Part shown: positions 1 to 31,000 of the stretch, piece after piece
How the letters are laid out: each line of letters opens with the position of its first letter
Numbering within the stretch: position 1 is the first letter of the stretch
NCBI GenBank assembly: GCA_950097015.1
Contig: CATNEN010000001.1
Coordinates: 6,696,001-6,760,000, forward strand
Reading direction: 5' to 3'
Length of the DNA stretch: 64,000 nt
Origin: Macrostomum hystrix
Lineage: Eukaryota > Animalia > Platyhelminthes
Translations under genes and position numbers: made by a program
The notes under the pieces: generated by a model
Seen by the model: the letters and a program-made list of their open reading frames with translations, nothing else
Databases searched by the model: none
What the model was told of the DNA's origin: nothing

Positions 1-515
1 TATACGAGTCTAAATATAAGAATCTAACGATTAACGGTAATCTACACCGAGCACAGTAGGAAGTCTCTATGCTCTCCTTGCAGACTTATTTCTCTCTCGT
101 GTTGTCATCTGTCATGATTTATATTTTTCCCGGGCCTGGGACTGCATGGCGTGATGGCAGAGAAAATTTTAACAAAAGGAAATGACCGGTAGAATTAGGG
201 TCCGATGTGCATAACTGGTCAGAGAAAATTATATACTGCAGATATATGAGTTAGATACGTATTGCTGGAAAATTCATCTATCAACATTTGGCAGCCCAAT
301 TTATTTTTATTTTCTTTAAATCGGTTCTGCACTGTTTGAATAATAATTATTCATTTGATTAATAATTTGATAATAAATTAATTTATTAAGTTAATTAGAT
401 TCATAATTTAAAAAATAAATTAATTTGATAATTTAATTTGATTAATCTCATAAAAACGTACCTATCATAACGAGGTACCTACCAATTGATTAGTAGGGGC
501 AAAGTAGACTATTAA

Positions 516-834
516 TAATAATAATAATAATAATAATTGATTACACCTGCCCCAATTGGGTCAGATGTGCAGCCGACAGCACAGCCGCAGCTATTGCGCG
601 GCGCATCTGAAGGCTGCGTACAGCTGTTCAGTCCATGGACTGGGGGGACGCCACACCCACCTTCAATTATCCCAGCTGATGCTGGTACCTATTTAACAGC
701 TGGGTGAACTGAAGCAATGCAGAGTTAAGTGTCTTGCTAAAGGACGCAAATTGTTCCAGTGGAGTCAGGAATCGAACCCCCGACCTTTAAGTCGTGAGTC
801 CGACGCCCTAACCACTAGGCTACAACCTCTCACT
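516..834 (-). mobile_element. tRNA-derived SINE, family A (CORE-like central domain), near full length
   Basis: The minus strand reads TGTAGCCTAGTGGTTAGGGCG (A box) ... GGTTCGATTCC (B box), then GCAAGACACTTAACTCTGCATTGCTTCAGTTCACCCAGCTGTTAAATAGG, and ends in an (ATT)n tail. Flanked by CTATTAA at 509-515 and 835-841 (TSD). Homologous copies at about 30295 and 57738. Confidence 0.85.
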
Positions 835-835
835 C

Positions 836-1300
836 TATTAAAATATGAGTAGAGTGAGAAGTAGACTATTAAAATATGAGTAGAGTGAGAAGTAGGCTAT
901 TAAAATAGGAGTAGAGTGAGAAGTGGACTATTAAAATAGGAGTAGAGTGAGAAGTGGACTATTAAAATAGGAGTAGAGTGAGATGTGGACTATTAAAATA
1001 GGAGTAGAGTGAGATGTGGACTATTAAAATAGGAGTAGAGTGAGAAGTAGGCTATTAAAATAGGAGTAGAGTGAGATGTGGACTATTAAAATAGGAGTAG
1101 AGTGAGAAGTAGGCTATTAAAATAGGAGTAAGGTGAGAAGTAGACTATTAAAATAGGAGTAAGGTGAGAAGAAGACTATTAAAATAGGAGTAAGGTGAGA
1201 AGAAGACTATTAAAATTGGAGTAGACTGGGAAGAAGACTATTAAAATAGGAGTAGACTGGGAAGAAGACTATTAAAAGTGGAGTAGAGTGAGAAGTAGTC
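836..1300. repeat. 31-bp minisatellite (GACTATTAAAATAGGAGTAGAGTGAGAAGTG), about 15 copies
   Basis: Direct tandem copies visible in the sequence. Confidence 0.9.
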
Positions 1301-1904
1301 GATAGAATCCTGAGTAGACTGCATGGGACGGGATCCCCAGGACGGGGAGTTGGGGTGAGAAGTAGATTAGGTAGGGCAAAGTGCTCAGTAGTATTAGCAC
1401 ACTGAGTTGCGCGAAAGGAAAACGCAGCGAACGAGATTATAAATCGATGGCAGACCGATCGCCAAAAAAAGATGAGTAAAAGACGAATCTAAAGAAGCTC
1501 AGAAGGGTTTCAAATTACAGGACAAAAGTAGGCTGATAAAATCCCTAGCAGAATTCTGCCATGATTATCATGATTATCGGCCTTACCTTCTTTCTTGGAG
1601 TAGATTATCCGACTTAAGCCGAATCTAGTGCAAGTGGCATTGTTCCCACCTAGAAACATGCCCTCTTCTTATTTGAACTGCGGCTTCTGTGTCTGAGCAA
1701 ACAAGTCTGCGGATGAATACCGCGCTTAGCAATGGAACATGCTGAAGATTTGAGAACAAGCCCTGTTCAATGATGGGATGGATAAATTTGTGATGTAGAA
1801 TGTCTGAATAAATTTTCTAGAGATGAATTTTTAATTCGTTTAGTAAAGTGAATATCAAAATATAAGAAGAAAAAAATGGTGAGGGATAGAAGACAAAGGA
1901 CGGT

Positions 1905-2240
1905 CGAAAGAGGAGGGTAGAAAGAGGAGGGTAGGAAGAGGAGGGTAGAAAGAGGAGGGTAGATAGAGGAGGGTAGAAAGTGGAGGGTAGAAAGAGGAGG
2001 GTAGATAGAGGAGGGTAGATAGAGGAGGGTAGAAAGAGGTGGGTAGAACAGATGAGTAGATGGAGGAGGGTAGAAAGAGGAGGGTAGAAAGAGGAGGGTA
2101 GATAGAGGAGGGTAGAAAGAGGTGGGTAGAAAAGATGAGTAGATGGAGGAGGTTAGATAGAGGAGAGTAGATGGAGGAGGGTAGATAGAGGAGAGTAGAT
2201 GGAGGAGGGTAGATAGAGGAGGGTAGAAGGAGGATGATTA
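1905..2240. repeat. 14-bp purine-rich tandem repeat (AAAGAGGAGGGTAG)
   Basis: Direct tandem copies. Confidence 0.9.
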
Positions 2241-2864
2241 GGAAAGAGGACGGGAGAAAGAGCCTGGGATAAATAGATGGGATTAGAGGTAGATGGGGAT
2301 ATAATATCGGAGTCGCAGGTCGCTCAGTTAATTGGTCTATGCTGTAAGGAATTGTAAGGGAAATTTTCTACAAGCGAACGATCTAGATTAGAGAAAGGTT
2401 CAGATTTGCAGACAAAAATAAGTCGGTAAATTTTTTTGGCCAACTCACTTTGGCACTATGCGTGGCCTATGCACGTTAATGCATATGCATTTCAGCAGGG
2501 AATGCTGAGGTGACTATATGAGGAGACTGAGAACAAGAACGCGAGTAAGGTAGTCAGGAAGTGTGCTGGAAAATACTATAGCATAGCTAACAGTGGGGAC
2601 TAACAGTGCATTGCAGTGCCAATGAAAGTTAAAGAAAGCATTTTAACCATTTCAGTGTGAGTGCGATCGACACTAAAGTTTACTATAATACTGCAAAGTT
2701 AAGGTTATAAAGCTATTTTTAGTGGGCTATGGAATTTTCGATTATGAAAGCAAAACATATACATTTTCTCTGAGCCTTTTCCTGCTTTATGCTCGATTAT
2801 GGATGAATAAACTGGGATTTTTTATAGGCGCAGAAGGGTGACTCTAGTTTGGGTTATCAGGTTG

Positions 2865-3885
2865 GGTCATTCTAAGTGGGGGTCATTTTAATTGGGGGTC
2901 ATTCTAGGCGGTGGTCATTCTAAGTAGGGATCATTCTAGGTGGAGGTCATTCTAGGTGGATGTCATTCTAAGTGGGGGTCATTCTAAGTGGGGGTCATTC
3001 TAAGTGAGGGTCATTCTAAGTGGGGGTCATTCTAAGTGGGGGTCATTCTAAGTGGGGGTCATTCTAAGTGGGGGTCATTCTAAGTGAGGGTCATTCTAAG
3101 TAAGTCTCATTCCAAGTATGGGTCATTCTAAGTGAGGGTCATTCTAAGTAAGGGTCATTCCAAGTATGGGTCATTCTAAGTGAGGGTCATTCTAAGTAAG
3201 GGTCATTCTAAGTAGGGGTCATTCCAAGTAGGGGTCATTCCAAGTAGGGGTCATTCCAAGTAGGGGTCATTCCAAGTAGAGGTCATTCCAAGTAGGGGTC
3301 ATTCCAAGTAGGGGTCATTCCAAGTAGGGGTCAGTCTAAGTGAGGGACATTCCAAGTAGGGGTCATTCTAAGTAAGTCTCATTCTAAGTAGGGGTCGTTC
3401 TAAGTAAGGATCATTCCAAGTAGGGGTCATTCCAAGTAGGGGTCATTCTAAGTAAGTCTCATTCTAAGTAGGGGTCGTTCTAAGTAAGGGTCATTCCAAG
3501 TAAGGGTCATTCCAAGTAAGTCTCATTCTAAGTAGGGGTCGTTCTAAGTAAGGGTCATTCCAAGTAGGGGTCATTCCAAGTAGGGGTCATTCCAAGTAGG
3601 GGTCAGTCTAAGTGAGGGACATTCCAAGTAGGGGTCATTCTAAGTAAGTCTCATTCTAAGTAGGGGTCGTTCTAAGTAAGGATCATTCCAAGTAGGGGTC
3701 ATTCCAAGTAGGGGTCATTCTAAGTAAGTCTCATTCTAAGTAGGGGTCGTTCTAAGTATTGTCATTCCAAGTAAGGGTCATTCCAAGTAAGTCTCATTCT
3801 AAGTAGGGGTCATTCTAAGTAGGGTCATTCTAAGTGAGGGTCATTCCAAGTAAGTCTCATTCTAAGTAGGGGTCGTTCTAAGTGG
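2865..3885. repeat. 16-bp minisatellite (GGTCATTCTAAGTRGG), about 60 copies
   Basis: Direct tandem copies. Confidence 0.92.
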
Positions 3886-4010
3886 TTCGGTTGGGGTAAC
3901 AATTGAGCAGCGTAATTCTACAAGCGAGAAGATAATTTGTCTATCAATTAATTTACCATATACTCACAGACTGCTCAAAAATGACTCTAAACTGCACATT
4001 TTTATTTTAG

Positions 4011-21936
<17,926 letters not shown>

Positions 21937-24608
21937 GCAAATTTAACTAAGGGTGACTAATTATTGGTCTGAATTAGTTTTTCAGACTAAACATTGAAAA
22001 CAATGAAAAGCTAAGGGCCACTAAGCAGCACTGTTTTTGTAGTCCTTTGATATACATCAGCCACTGACAACTACTTTTTATGTACCCTATCTTTGACAAT
22101 CAATTTTTATCGTTTTTTTCACGCCATTTTACTTACTAGGTTTGGTTTCTTAAGATCATGCCTGCGAAAATTAAGGATTGAGATATATTTGTGTCTCGAT
22201 CACCTTTTTCCAAGTCTGATGTAAAAAAACTACATTACACTTTTCCCGGAATTATTGTGACGACAATGCAGTCACTTGAAATTGACAATTATTTTTAGCA
22301 TGGATGACACATGCAAATACAATAATAAATTTAAATTGATTAAAAATCTTAAACTGGCGTTCAGTGTCAGTCAGTTTATTATTTTTTATCTGCTGTTGTA
22401 AATTTATTTTTGTAATAACGTATGGTCATGCACCTTACGACTGCCATTGAACAAATAATTCAGTATTTTTCTAATTACGCTACAACTTACATTTTTGTAT
22501 TGTTTTATTTATTCTTGCGTTTTTGTTTATTTATAATCTGTTTTGCTTTTGTTTTACTGAGCCGGCGAATTTGTGCAAGAAATTGTCTTATAAGGTTTAC
22601 GTTGCACTATTTTTCTCTAAACTATCAATTAACCCTTATGCAAGAATTCTTATGCAAGAATACCTTTAAAAAATAGCAGATCTCCGTAAAAGGCTCATTC
22701 CAATTTTTTCCTAAACGTGATTACTTTGTGATTTCAAATTTCTTTTGTATTTGTGTACATTATAGTTCATTTAAATCTACTATTTATTTTTTAACGCAAA
22801 CTTTAAAATTGCTTCTTTTCTCAGATTTATATTTTGTCATAATCCAATCCCACAACTTAAGCACCAATTTAAGCACAGTCAATTAAAAACATCAAATGAA
22901 ACGAAACTAAATATATTATTTGTTGTAGGCAGCTCTGTCATATGGAGCTTGATTTTGTTTAAAAGAGCACATTTTGTAGACTTTCAAAAGCATGTGACTT
23001 AATTATTCACTTAGAATTACCTATTCATCGTATACAGATCTTAGACACTTGCATACTTGACACTTGCAGAATCTATACTTGAGTTGCAATATAACTTTAT
23101 CAATCGATTTTTTGGTAAGAAACTTTCTGGATTAGCTAACGGTATTTCAAAACATTCCATAACCACCAGGCCCCTGTATTTGTATTCGTTTTTGTTTATC
23201 TCAACATAATACATTTAGCATAAAATAAAATTAAAAGTTATAGACACGCGAAAAGTTCAATTAAGGCAAAAATAGGTGGGATTGTGTATCTGTGTTAAAG
23301 CAAAAAAGGAAGTGATTATTTTGCTGATTCGGTAAGTAAAGAACATATCATAGAATATTTCTAAAAATCTAAAAGAAGTCATAAATTTATCAAAGAATAT
23401 CAACAAATTAGAGGATTTAAAAAAGTTAAAACAAATCTAATCATAGCTAGAAATGTTTAATATACCATAAAAGTTTTTGCAAAGTAAATGAGTATTCTAT
23501 GTCAAAACTATTTCTTATATAATTTGTGCTAAAAAACAGGTCTTTTTGTGTATAGATTCAAATAAAACGAGTAAAAATTCGGGTCTGAAAATGGTAAGCA
23601 TTTGAGGTCTTAAGTGAATTTAGAAAAGAAATCTGTGATATAATATATACGATAATACAAATTTTCTGTTGCCTAAAAACATTTAGAGGTTGCTTTCTGT
23701 GTTCTTTTCTAAAAGGTCAAACAATATTAGTTCTGAAACCAGGATTTAAGGTATTCGATTGAACAGGTGAGAATTTCGTTGTCACATGCATGTAAATACG
23801 AAATCAACTGTGAACCTAGGTATTTTCTGTTATTGTCAGTTTTCAGTAGCACTTCATTTGTTAATACTAATTGTGAAAACGATTATTACTATTTTGAAGT
23901 AATCGCAAAACATGTGAACGATTTAAAAGATACAGCTCACTCAAATATATAAAAACAATTTAGCAAGTTAGAAAATCAATTGAGCGCCTCTGAAAAACAC
24001 CTGGACAAGTTATTTCAATTTAATTTTCAGAAAGGAAGAGTTTTAGTCTTTAAATACACGTGTATATATTAAATTTTCAAAGTAGTCTTGAGTTGCTTGC
24101 GAGTGACGTAACCACGGTAGCCGGCTTGAATTTTGGTGGCGGCCTGATGATACATTTCTTCGAAATCTGGTTGATCCTGGATTGATGGAAACGGTAAAAA
24201 ATTATTTTCAAACAACACAAGTGCCTATAGCTCAAAGGACACAAATTAATTGTTATCTTTAGGCTGAGACTCAAACTCACAAACTTTAAGACAGAATTAT
24301 CTAATGCTTAAACCTCATCGGCTCATAATTAATTGAAAAATATAAAGAGAACTAACTGTGCTGTTAGTTGTACATTTTTATTTCCCATTGAAATTTATGA
24401 AATAGTATTAACAGCAAATACATTTTTATTAAAGCTAGTGACAAATACTTACCTCGTCAAAATTATAAGAAGCAGAATTGTTTTTGTTCTTGCTGTCATG
24501 AATGACATTGCCATTTAAGTTAGGAGTTGACGTCAAGTGATCTGGTGAAACTGAATCGGCTCTATAAGTTGCATTGCCCAGGTTGTTTACGTTAGTCAGT
24601 TTGTAGCT

Positions 24609-24622
24609 GTTGCTATGGTTAC
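24609..24622. promoter_or_regulatory. RFX X-box-like site GTTGCTATGGTTAC, near CRE TGACGTCA at 24528-24535
   Basis: Close match to the GTTGCCATGGCAAC consensus; function not shown. Confidence 0.35.
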
Positions 24623-25049
24623 CGTTGCGATTTGCTTTGTTAGTTGGCTGAAAGTTATTTAAGGAAGTGGTAAAGTAAATTGGTCTGAAAATGATTAGTT
24701 AAAAACTTGTAGTAAATCAGTGTCTGAAAACTGTGATTGTGAACACATTTAATTAGCTGAATCAGATAAACCAATTTAGAAGAAAAAACAAACGAAGATT
24801 TGTTAATTAAAAAAGTTTTTCATTAACATTAATTAGTTAGATTAAAAGGAATTCGCGCAATAAATTTGTTAATACTGATTAATATTGTTAATTAAGTTAA
24901 AAGCGTGCTAATTATCAGGATTTTTGTTATTCGAAGACCTCGCGTTAATCTCGGAAACATTCAGGGTTAAGTTGTTATGCTTTAGCAGGTGAAACAAGCT
25001 TCGCACCATATTGAATTTTAGTCTAACGAATATTTTTGACAGAGGCTTT

Positions 25050-28000
25050 TTAGCTCTGCTGCTGCGACTGCGGCTGATTGGTCGCCGTTGACTGCTTGGA
25101 AGCCTCGGTCTTGGCTGCGTCTTTGCGCGTTTTGTAGCTGTTCACCGCAGCCTGGATGTTGTCAGCCGCTGCCGCCTCCTCCGGTGTCTTCTCTGGCTTT
25201 TTCGTATCCTGTTGCTGCTGCTGCTGCTGCTCCGGCTGCGTCTTCTGCTGATCTTGTTTGCCTGACGCTTTGGCAACAGCCTCCTTCCTTGTCTGATGGC
25301 CCTTGTAGGCAGATTGAATCGTTGTGGCAGCTTTATCCAGCTCTTGCGGAGTTGGCTGCTGCTTTTGCTGCTGCTGCTTTTGCTCGTCCTTCTGCTGCTG
25401 CTTTTGTTGTTCAGACTGCTGCTGTTGCTGTTGCTTCTGCTGTTCAGGCTGCTGCTGTTGCTGCTGTTGCTTCTGCTGTTCAGGCTGCTGCTGCTGCTGC
25501 TGTTGCTTCTGTTGTCCAGGCTGCTGCTGCTGCTGCTGCTGCTGTTGTTGCTTCTGTTGTCCAGGCTGCTGCTGCTGCTGCTTCTGCGGAGTAGCAGCCG
25601 CTGCCGCCACCGGCGCAGCCTTGTTCGCCTTTGAATTGTTCTGATCCGGCCTCACCTCAACCGGTTTCTCACTAACTTTCTCGGCAGTCGCTTTTCTTGT
25701 ATCGAAGCCGCGAACGCTACTCTGAATAGTTGTGGCTGCTTTGTCCTTCTCCTCCTGAGTTGGCTGCGTCTTTTTTTGCTGCTGTTGCTGCTGCTGCTGC
25801 TTGTTCTGAGTCTGCTGGTCCGTCTTCTTGTTAGTCGCAGCCTGCTGCTGCTGGTTGGCCTTGGAGTTGGTTTTGTCAGGCTGAATCTGCACCGGCTGAG
25901 AAGTCTGCTTCTCTGCCGCAGTCTTCCTAGTCTGAAATCCCTTGATGCTGGACTGAATCTGACTGGCCGCCTGGTCCTTCTCAGCCTGCACGGGACGCGA
26001 TCAAGGTTGTTTCTCTTTTAATAATAGAAAATTTGCTCCATACAAGTCATCGAAGCGTAGTCCGATTGAACACGGAATTTGGTCGGGAATTTGGTGAACT
26101 TTTGTGAAAATCGTGTAAAAAATAACTGTTAGAAACCAAAGACTAATAATAAACTACCAAAAATTATCACTTAAATAGACCTGAGCTCGATTCCGCGGCG
26201 AGGCCACATTCATTTAACAGGAGAAAGACTATTTTTCCACCTGGGTATTGTCTTATCGAATGAGACGTTGTTCTGAATTTTCATGACGATTAGTTGAATA
26301 TTTTGGGAGATACAGGAAAAAAAGGAAATTTGGGTATTTGAAATTCCCTACGTGGTCAATTTCTACTGTTAGGGCGCAGCCACGGAGAGAAGGCTTGGAG
26401 GCTTGTCGTGGAATTTTCGCACCTTCAAGGAGGGGCCAAGCTCCAAGGCACAGCGGAATGGGCGGAATGGCCTCAGCTGCTTCAGTGCCTACAGCCCTCT
26501 GCTGCAAATAAGAAACTATATATTATTATGACTAGCTGTAGTTGTAACCATAATTATTACCTGCTATTCGAAAGAACAATCAAAGAAATTACAACGTGTA
26601 ACTGCATGCATAAACACAGAAAAAAAATCAGATTTTTTCAAATCTAAATCGAAAGATAAATTATAGATAAAATTGTATAAAAAACGCCAATAAAACACCT
26701 GATTGCGTTCTGAGGACAAATGATCAGCATTGTATGCTGCATCAGCATCGTAGTCCTGCTCCTCATCGTTCTCATCATTCTTATCATGCTCAAGCTCATT
26801 CTCATCTTCATCGGATAATTCATTAGCATCCGATTGAAGGGGCTCGAAGCTGCTGGAATCCTGAATGGTGGAATATGTGTTTCTTATGAAATTGGTCTTT
26901 GCTTGTACTTTTAAAATATTTTAGAGAATGATACTTTTGCCAATTTTCCAGCCAACAGAACAGTAAGTGTTACCTTTGTCGGCTTCTGAGCCTCTTGCTT
27001 CTGTTGCTGTTGCTGCTGCTGCTGCCTTTTCTGCTGTTGCTGTTGTTGCTGCTGTTGTTTCTGCTTAGGTTGTTGCTGCTGCTCCGGCTGACTGTCTTTT
27101 GGTCTGAAATGTTAAAAATATAGTTTTATGTGTCTGTCTAACCGTTTGGTGCCTGTCCGACAGTTTGGTGTCTGACTAACAGGTCGGTGTCAGTTTAACA
27201 GTTTGATGTCTGTCTAACAGTTCATTGACTGTCTAACAGGTTGGTGTCTGTCTAACAGTTTGGTGTCTGTCTAACAGTTAATTGATTGTGTAACATTTTG
27301 TTGTCCTCTAACAGTCTGGTGTCTGTCTGACAGGTTGGTGTCTGTCTAACAGTTTAGTGTCTGTCTAACAGTTTGGTGTCTGTCTAACAGTCTGGTGTCT
27401 GTCTAACACTTTTGTGCCCGACTCACTTTCTGGAAGAATCTTTCGCAGGTGTAATAGGCTGAGCCAAGTATTTGATTGTTGACCTGAAATTGAAATAAAA
27501 AATGCTATTGTCAAATTAAAATCGCGCACAATACGTCAAAAGGAAAACAAAACGATTGCAGAAAACAAAATAACATCCATTTGACGAAACTAGAAAAGCA
27601 AATAATTCAATGTCACATCGAAACCAAAAAGAGTAATTTTTTTTCGAAGCTCTACTTAAAGTAATTTATGAGTAAAAAAGCAAAGCAGTAAAATGCAAAT
27701 TAAATAAACTACTTTGTATATGAAGTTGAACTCAGCTCACTTCACATAAAGTAAGAAGAAAATTTCTAACTAATATGGTTTACCAAGCGTGAAGGTCACT
27801 GGAATAAAGTGGGAAACATTTTTTAATTGTGTCATTTCTTAGAACTAAAAGCACACCATTACAGAATATTGATATCGATTTATAGCTCGTTTATGCAAAA
27901 AGTCAGAATAAGGAAACACACTGAAATACCTTGGCAACATACTTCGCTTCACAGAGCATTGAGACATAGCAACTGTTGCCAAGGTGCTGATCATTTTTTG

Positions 28001-31000
28001 GAGAACTAATGGCATCCAAATGCATGGTAGCTGTAGCCCATAGATGATAAATAATTAATTATCCAGGGTCCAGTTGCGAGTGCATAAGTTATAAATTCAG
28101 CGTATTGCTTAGGGGTTTTAGTATGTGACTTTGATTTGAGTCTCAGTAATTAGGGGGAATAATATATAGGTCCAAGAACAGAAGATAGAACCCGGTGGAC
28201 AAAAATGCTACTTCTTTCGCTGTTTTTTTTCAAACTAACTTCTAATTTACTTTTGATTCTTGTTAATTTGAAGTGTGCAAGAATGGGTCATTGAGTTATA
28301 AGATGAAGAAATACTAATAACCTAAAGACATATGCTAGAGAGGAGAGTGAAGAAATGAGAGAGGAGACAGAGGAAAGAGGAGAGAGGAGAGAGAGGAGAG
28401 AAGAGGGGAGAGAAGAGAGGAGAGAGGAGAGAGGAGAGAGGAGAGAGGAGAGAGAAAAGAGACAAAAGAGAGGAGATAAGAGAGAAGATAAGAGAGGAGA
28501 GAGGAGAGGAGATAAGAGAGGAGATAAGAGAGGAGAGAGGAAAGAGAGAAAAGGAGAAGGAGAGATGAAAAAGAGGAGAGAGGAGAGAGGAAAGAGAGAA
28601 AATGAGAAGGAGAGAGGAAAAAGAGGAGAGAGGAGAGAGGAGAGAGCAAAGAGAGGAGAGAGGAAAGAGAGGGGAGAAGAGAGGAGAGAGGACAAATAAA
28701 GCGTAAAAGGAGAGAAAATATTAGAGAGAAGCGATAATACAAAAACGAAGAGAAATTTTGTAGCCCTGAAACAAAAATGGGATTCGCTAAAAAGCTGAAA
28801 CAAAATGATTGATTTGAAAATGCTACAAATTTTCATGGTCCAGCTGTCTCAGACAGACAAGCAAAAGCTTAAACTAACTATATTTGTCGCAGAGTTACTG
28901 TCCCTATGCCATAGCACTACCTGAACTCACGCATTGATACAGGTGAGATCTGTGAGCGGACTGCTCAAGTTCAGCAGCTTCATTTGCCATTTCCTCAGGT
29001 ACTTACTTGCATAGTGACTGGAGGTATCAATTAAAAAACCCATTTAGTGACAAAGACAAAACATTGAAAGTAAACAAAAATTATACAACTAATGCCTAAT
29101 ATAACGTCAAGCATAAATCTCTCAGGTAACAATAACATAATTTTCGTATCAACTTTATTAGCTGTGGGTTTGTGGGTGCTTTGGGGTGGTGGGCGCTGTG
29201 GGTTTGTGGGTGCTTTGGGGTGGTGGGCGCTGTGGGTTTGTGGGTGCTTTGGGGTGGTGGGTGCTGAGGGGTGGTGGTTGCTGAGGGGTGGGTGCTGAGG
29301 GGTGGTGGGTGCTGAAGGGTGGTGGATGCAGAAGGGTGGTGGGTACTGAGGGGTGGTGGGTGCTGAGGGGAGCTGGGTGCCGAGGGGTGGGTGCCGAGGG
29401 GTTGGTGGTTGCCGAGGGGTTGGTGGCTGCCGAGGGGTGAGTGCTGAGGGGTGGTGGGTGCTGAGGGGTGCTGGGTGCCGAGGGGTGGGTGCCGAGGGGT
29501 TGGTGGGTGCTGAGGGGTGGGTGCTGAGGGGTGGTGGGTGCTGAGGGGTGGTGGGTGCCTGCGTGCGCAAAAAAAAAATTCTAAGAGAACCCGCCCAGAA
29601 AGACTCACCTGCGATCAGCTTTGCCAACAATAAGCACTGGCAGTTTCTGGCCGTAGGGCCGGCCGAGGAACGGCTCGTGACCGGCTGCTACATAGTACTT
29701 CTCGTGCTCAATGTCCTTCGGATCCCAAATGCGGCGACCGTTCATATCGTAGAGCCTATAATTCGAATAGGAAAAATATCCCAAATTATAATTTTAGTTT
29801 TAACGGCTATTTATTTATCGAGCTTTGTAACATTATTTACTTTCTAATCGCTCTGTTGGATGGTAGAACAACGCGCTCTTCGACCGCCTTGAGCACTGAG
29901 TCCATCGATGCTTGCTCGCTCGGTTTCAATAGGATGACAATAGCAGGTGTGAATTCGTCACCATTGCGATAGACGCTGCAAAATTAAACAAAATTCTTCT
30001 TCTTTTATAATAATAGAAATATTTAATTGACTTAGTGTTGTCAAAAATTGATTTCTATTCATAAAGATGTAGTTCAGAAGCCAGCCTCCTTACCGTACAC
30101 ATTTCGATTTAGCGCTGATGACGTCCATCTCAGAATTGAACCTCGGCTGAACTGACATCAGCTTCTTGTTGTGTAACACCGGGCGAATCTGAAATAATAG
30201 AAAATATTGTTTTTATTCAACGAAGACTAACCTGATTAGTCTGACCCGACACCAGCTACAAAACTCTAACCGGATAATTTAATAACAAGTTGATTAAACC
30301 TGCCCCGATCTGAAATTTGAAGGCTGCGTACGGCTGTTCAGTCCATGGACTGGGAGGACGCCACACCGACCCTCAATTACCCCAGCTGATACCGATACCC
30401 TTGATTTAACAGCTGGGTGAACTGAAGCAATTCAGAGTTAAGCGTATAACTAAAGGACACAAAATATTCCAGTGGAGTCGGGAATCGAACCCCCGACCTT
30501 CAAGTCGTGAGTCCGACGCTCTAACCACTAGGCTAAAACATCTTCTAACCAGAGCAACCTGGTAACCTAGCAACAAACTGCCAGCTCAGACACTAGATAC
30601 AACTCTAGCTACGACTGGAAAACTAGAAATTTTACAACTCACCGGTTCCAAAATCACTCGATTGTTGGCCAAGTTTCTTCTCGGACTAACACCTGGCGAA
30701 TGTGTACCATCCGTTTCAGCACCGTTCGGCGCCGTTGTAGCACTGGTCTCGTCCTCTGGCACGTACCTGCCATTCGTTGCATTAGATTGGAAGTCGTATA
30801 AGTCTGAATAGGATTGGCTTTAAATAACGATTATATCTTTTGCTTTTGGTTCTATACCGACTAGCCTTTTAACCTTTCGTTGCATGCTGTAAATATAGCT
30901 AGGGGTAACGCGTTTCTTTCGCACCAAGGTCCCTGAGCTCGATTCCGCGGCGAGGCCACATTTGTTTGGGGCGCAGCCGCGGAGAGAAGGTTTGGGAGTG

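Noticed and set aside
755-826. tRNA gene on the minus strand (also about 30465-30535)
   Set aside because: The tRNA-like segment continues into a shared SINE body and tail in three dispersed copies, so it is a SINE head.
24140-24190. Hammerhead-like CTGATGA...GAAA (also CTGATGAG near 13977)
   Set aside because: Stems I and II cannot pair at 24.1 kb, and the 13.98 kb site has no GAAA.
25088-26021. Plus-strand poly-Ala, poly-Leu and poly-Cys ORFs
   Set aside because: Antisense readings of the CAG/CAA poly-Q exon of the DCX-IQ gene.
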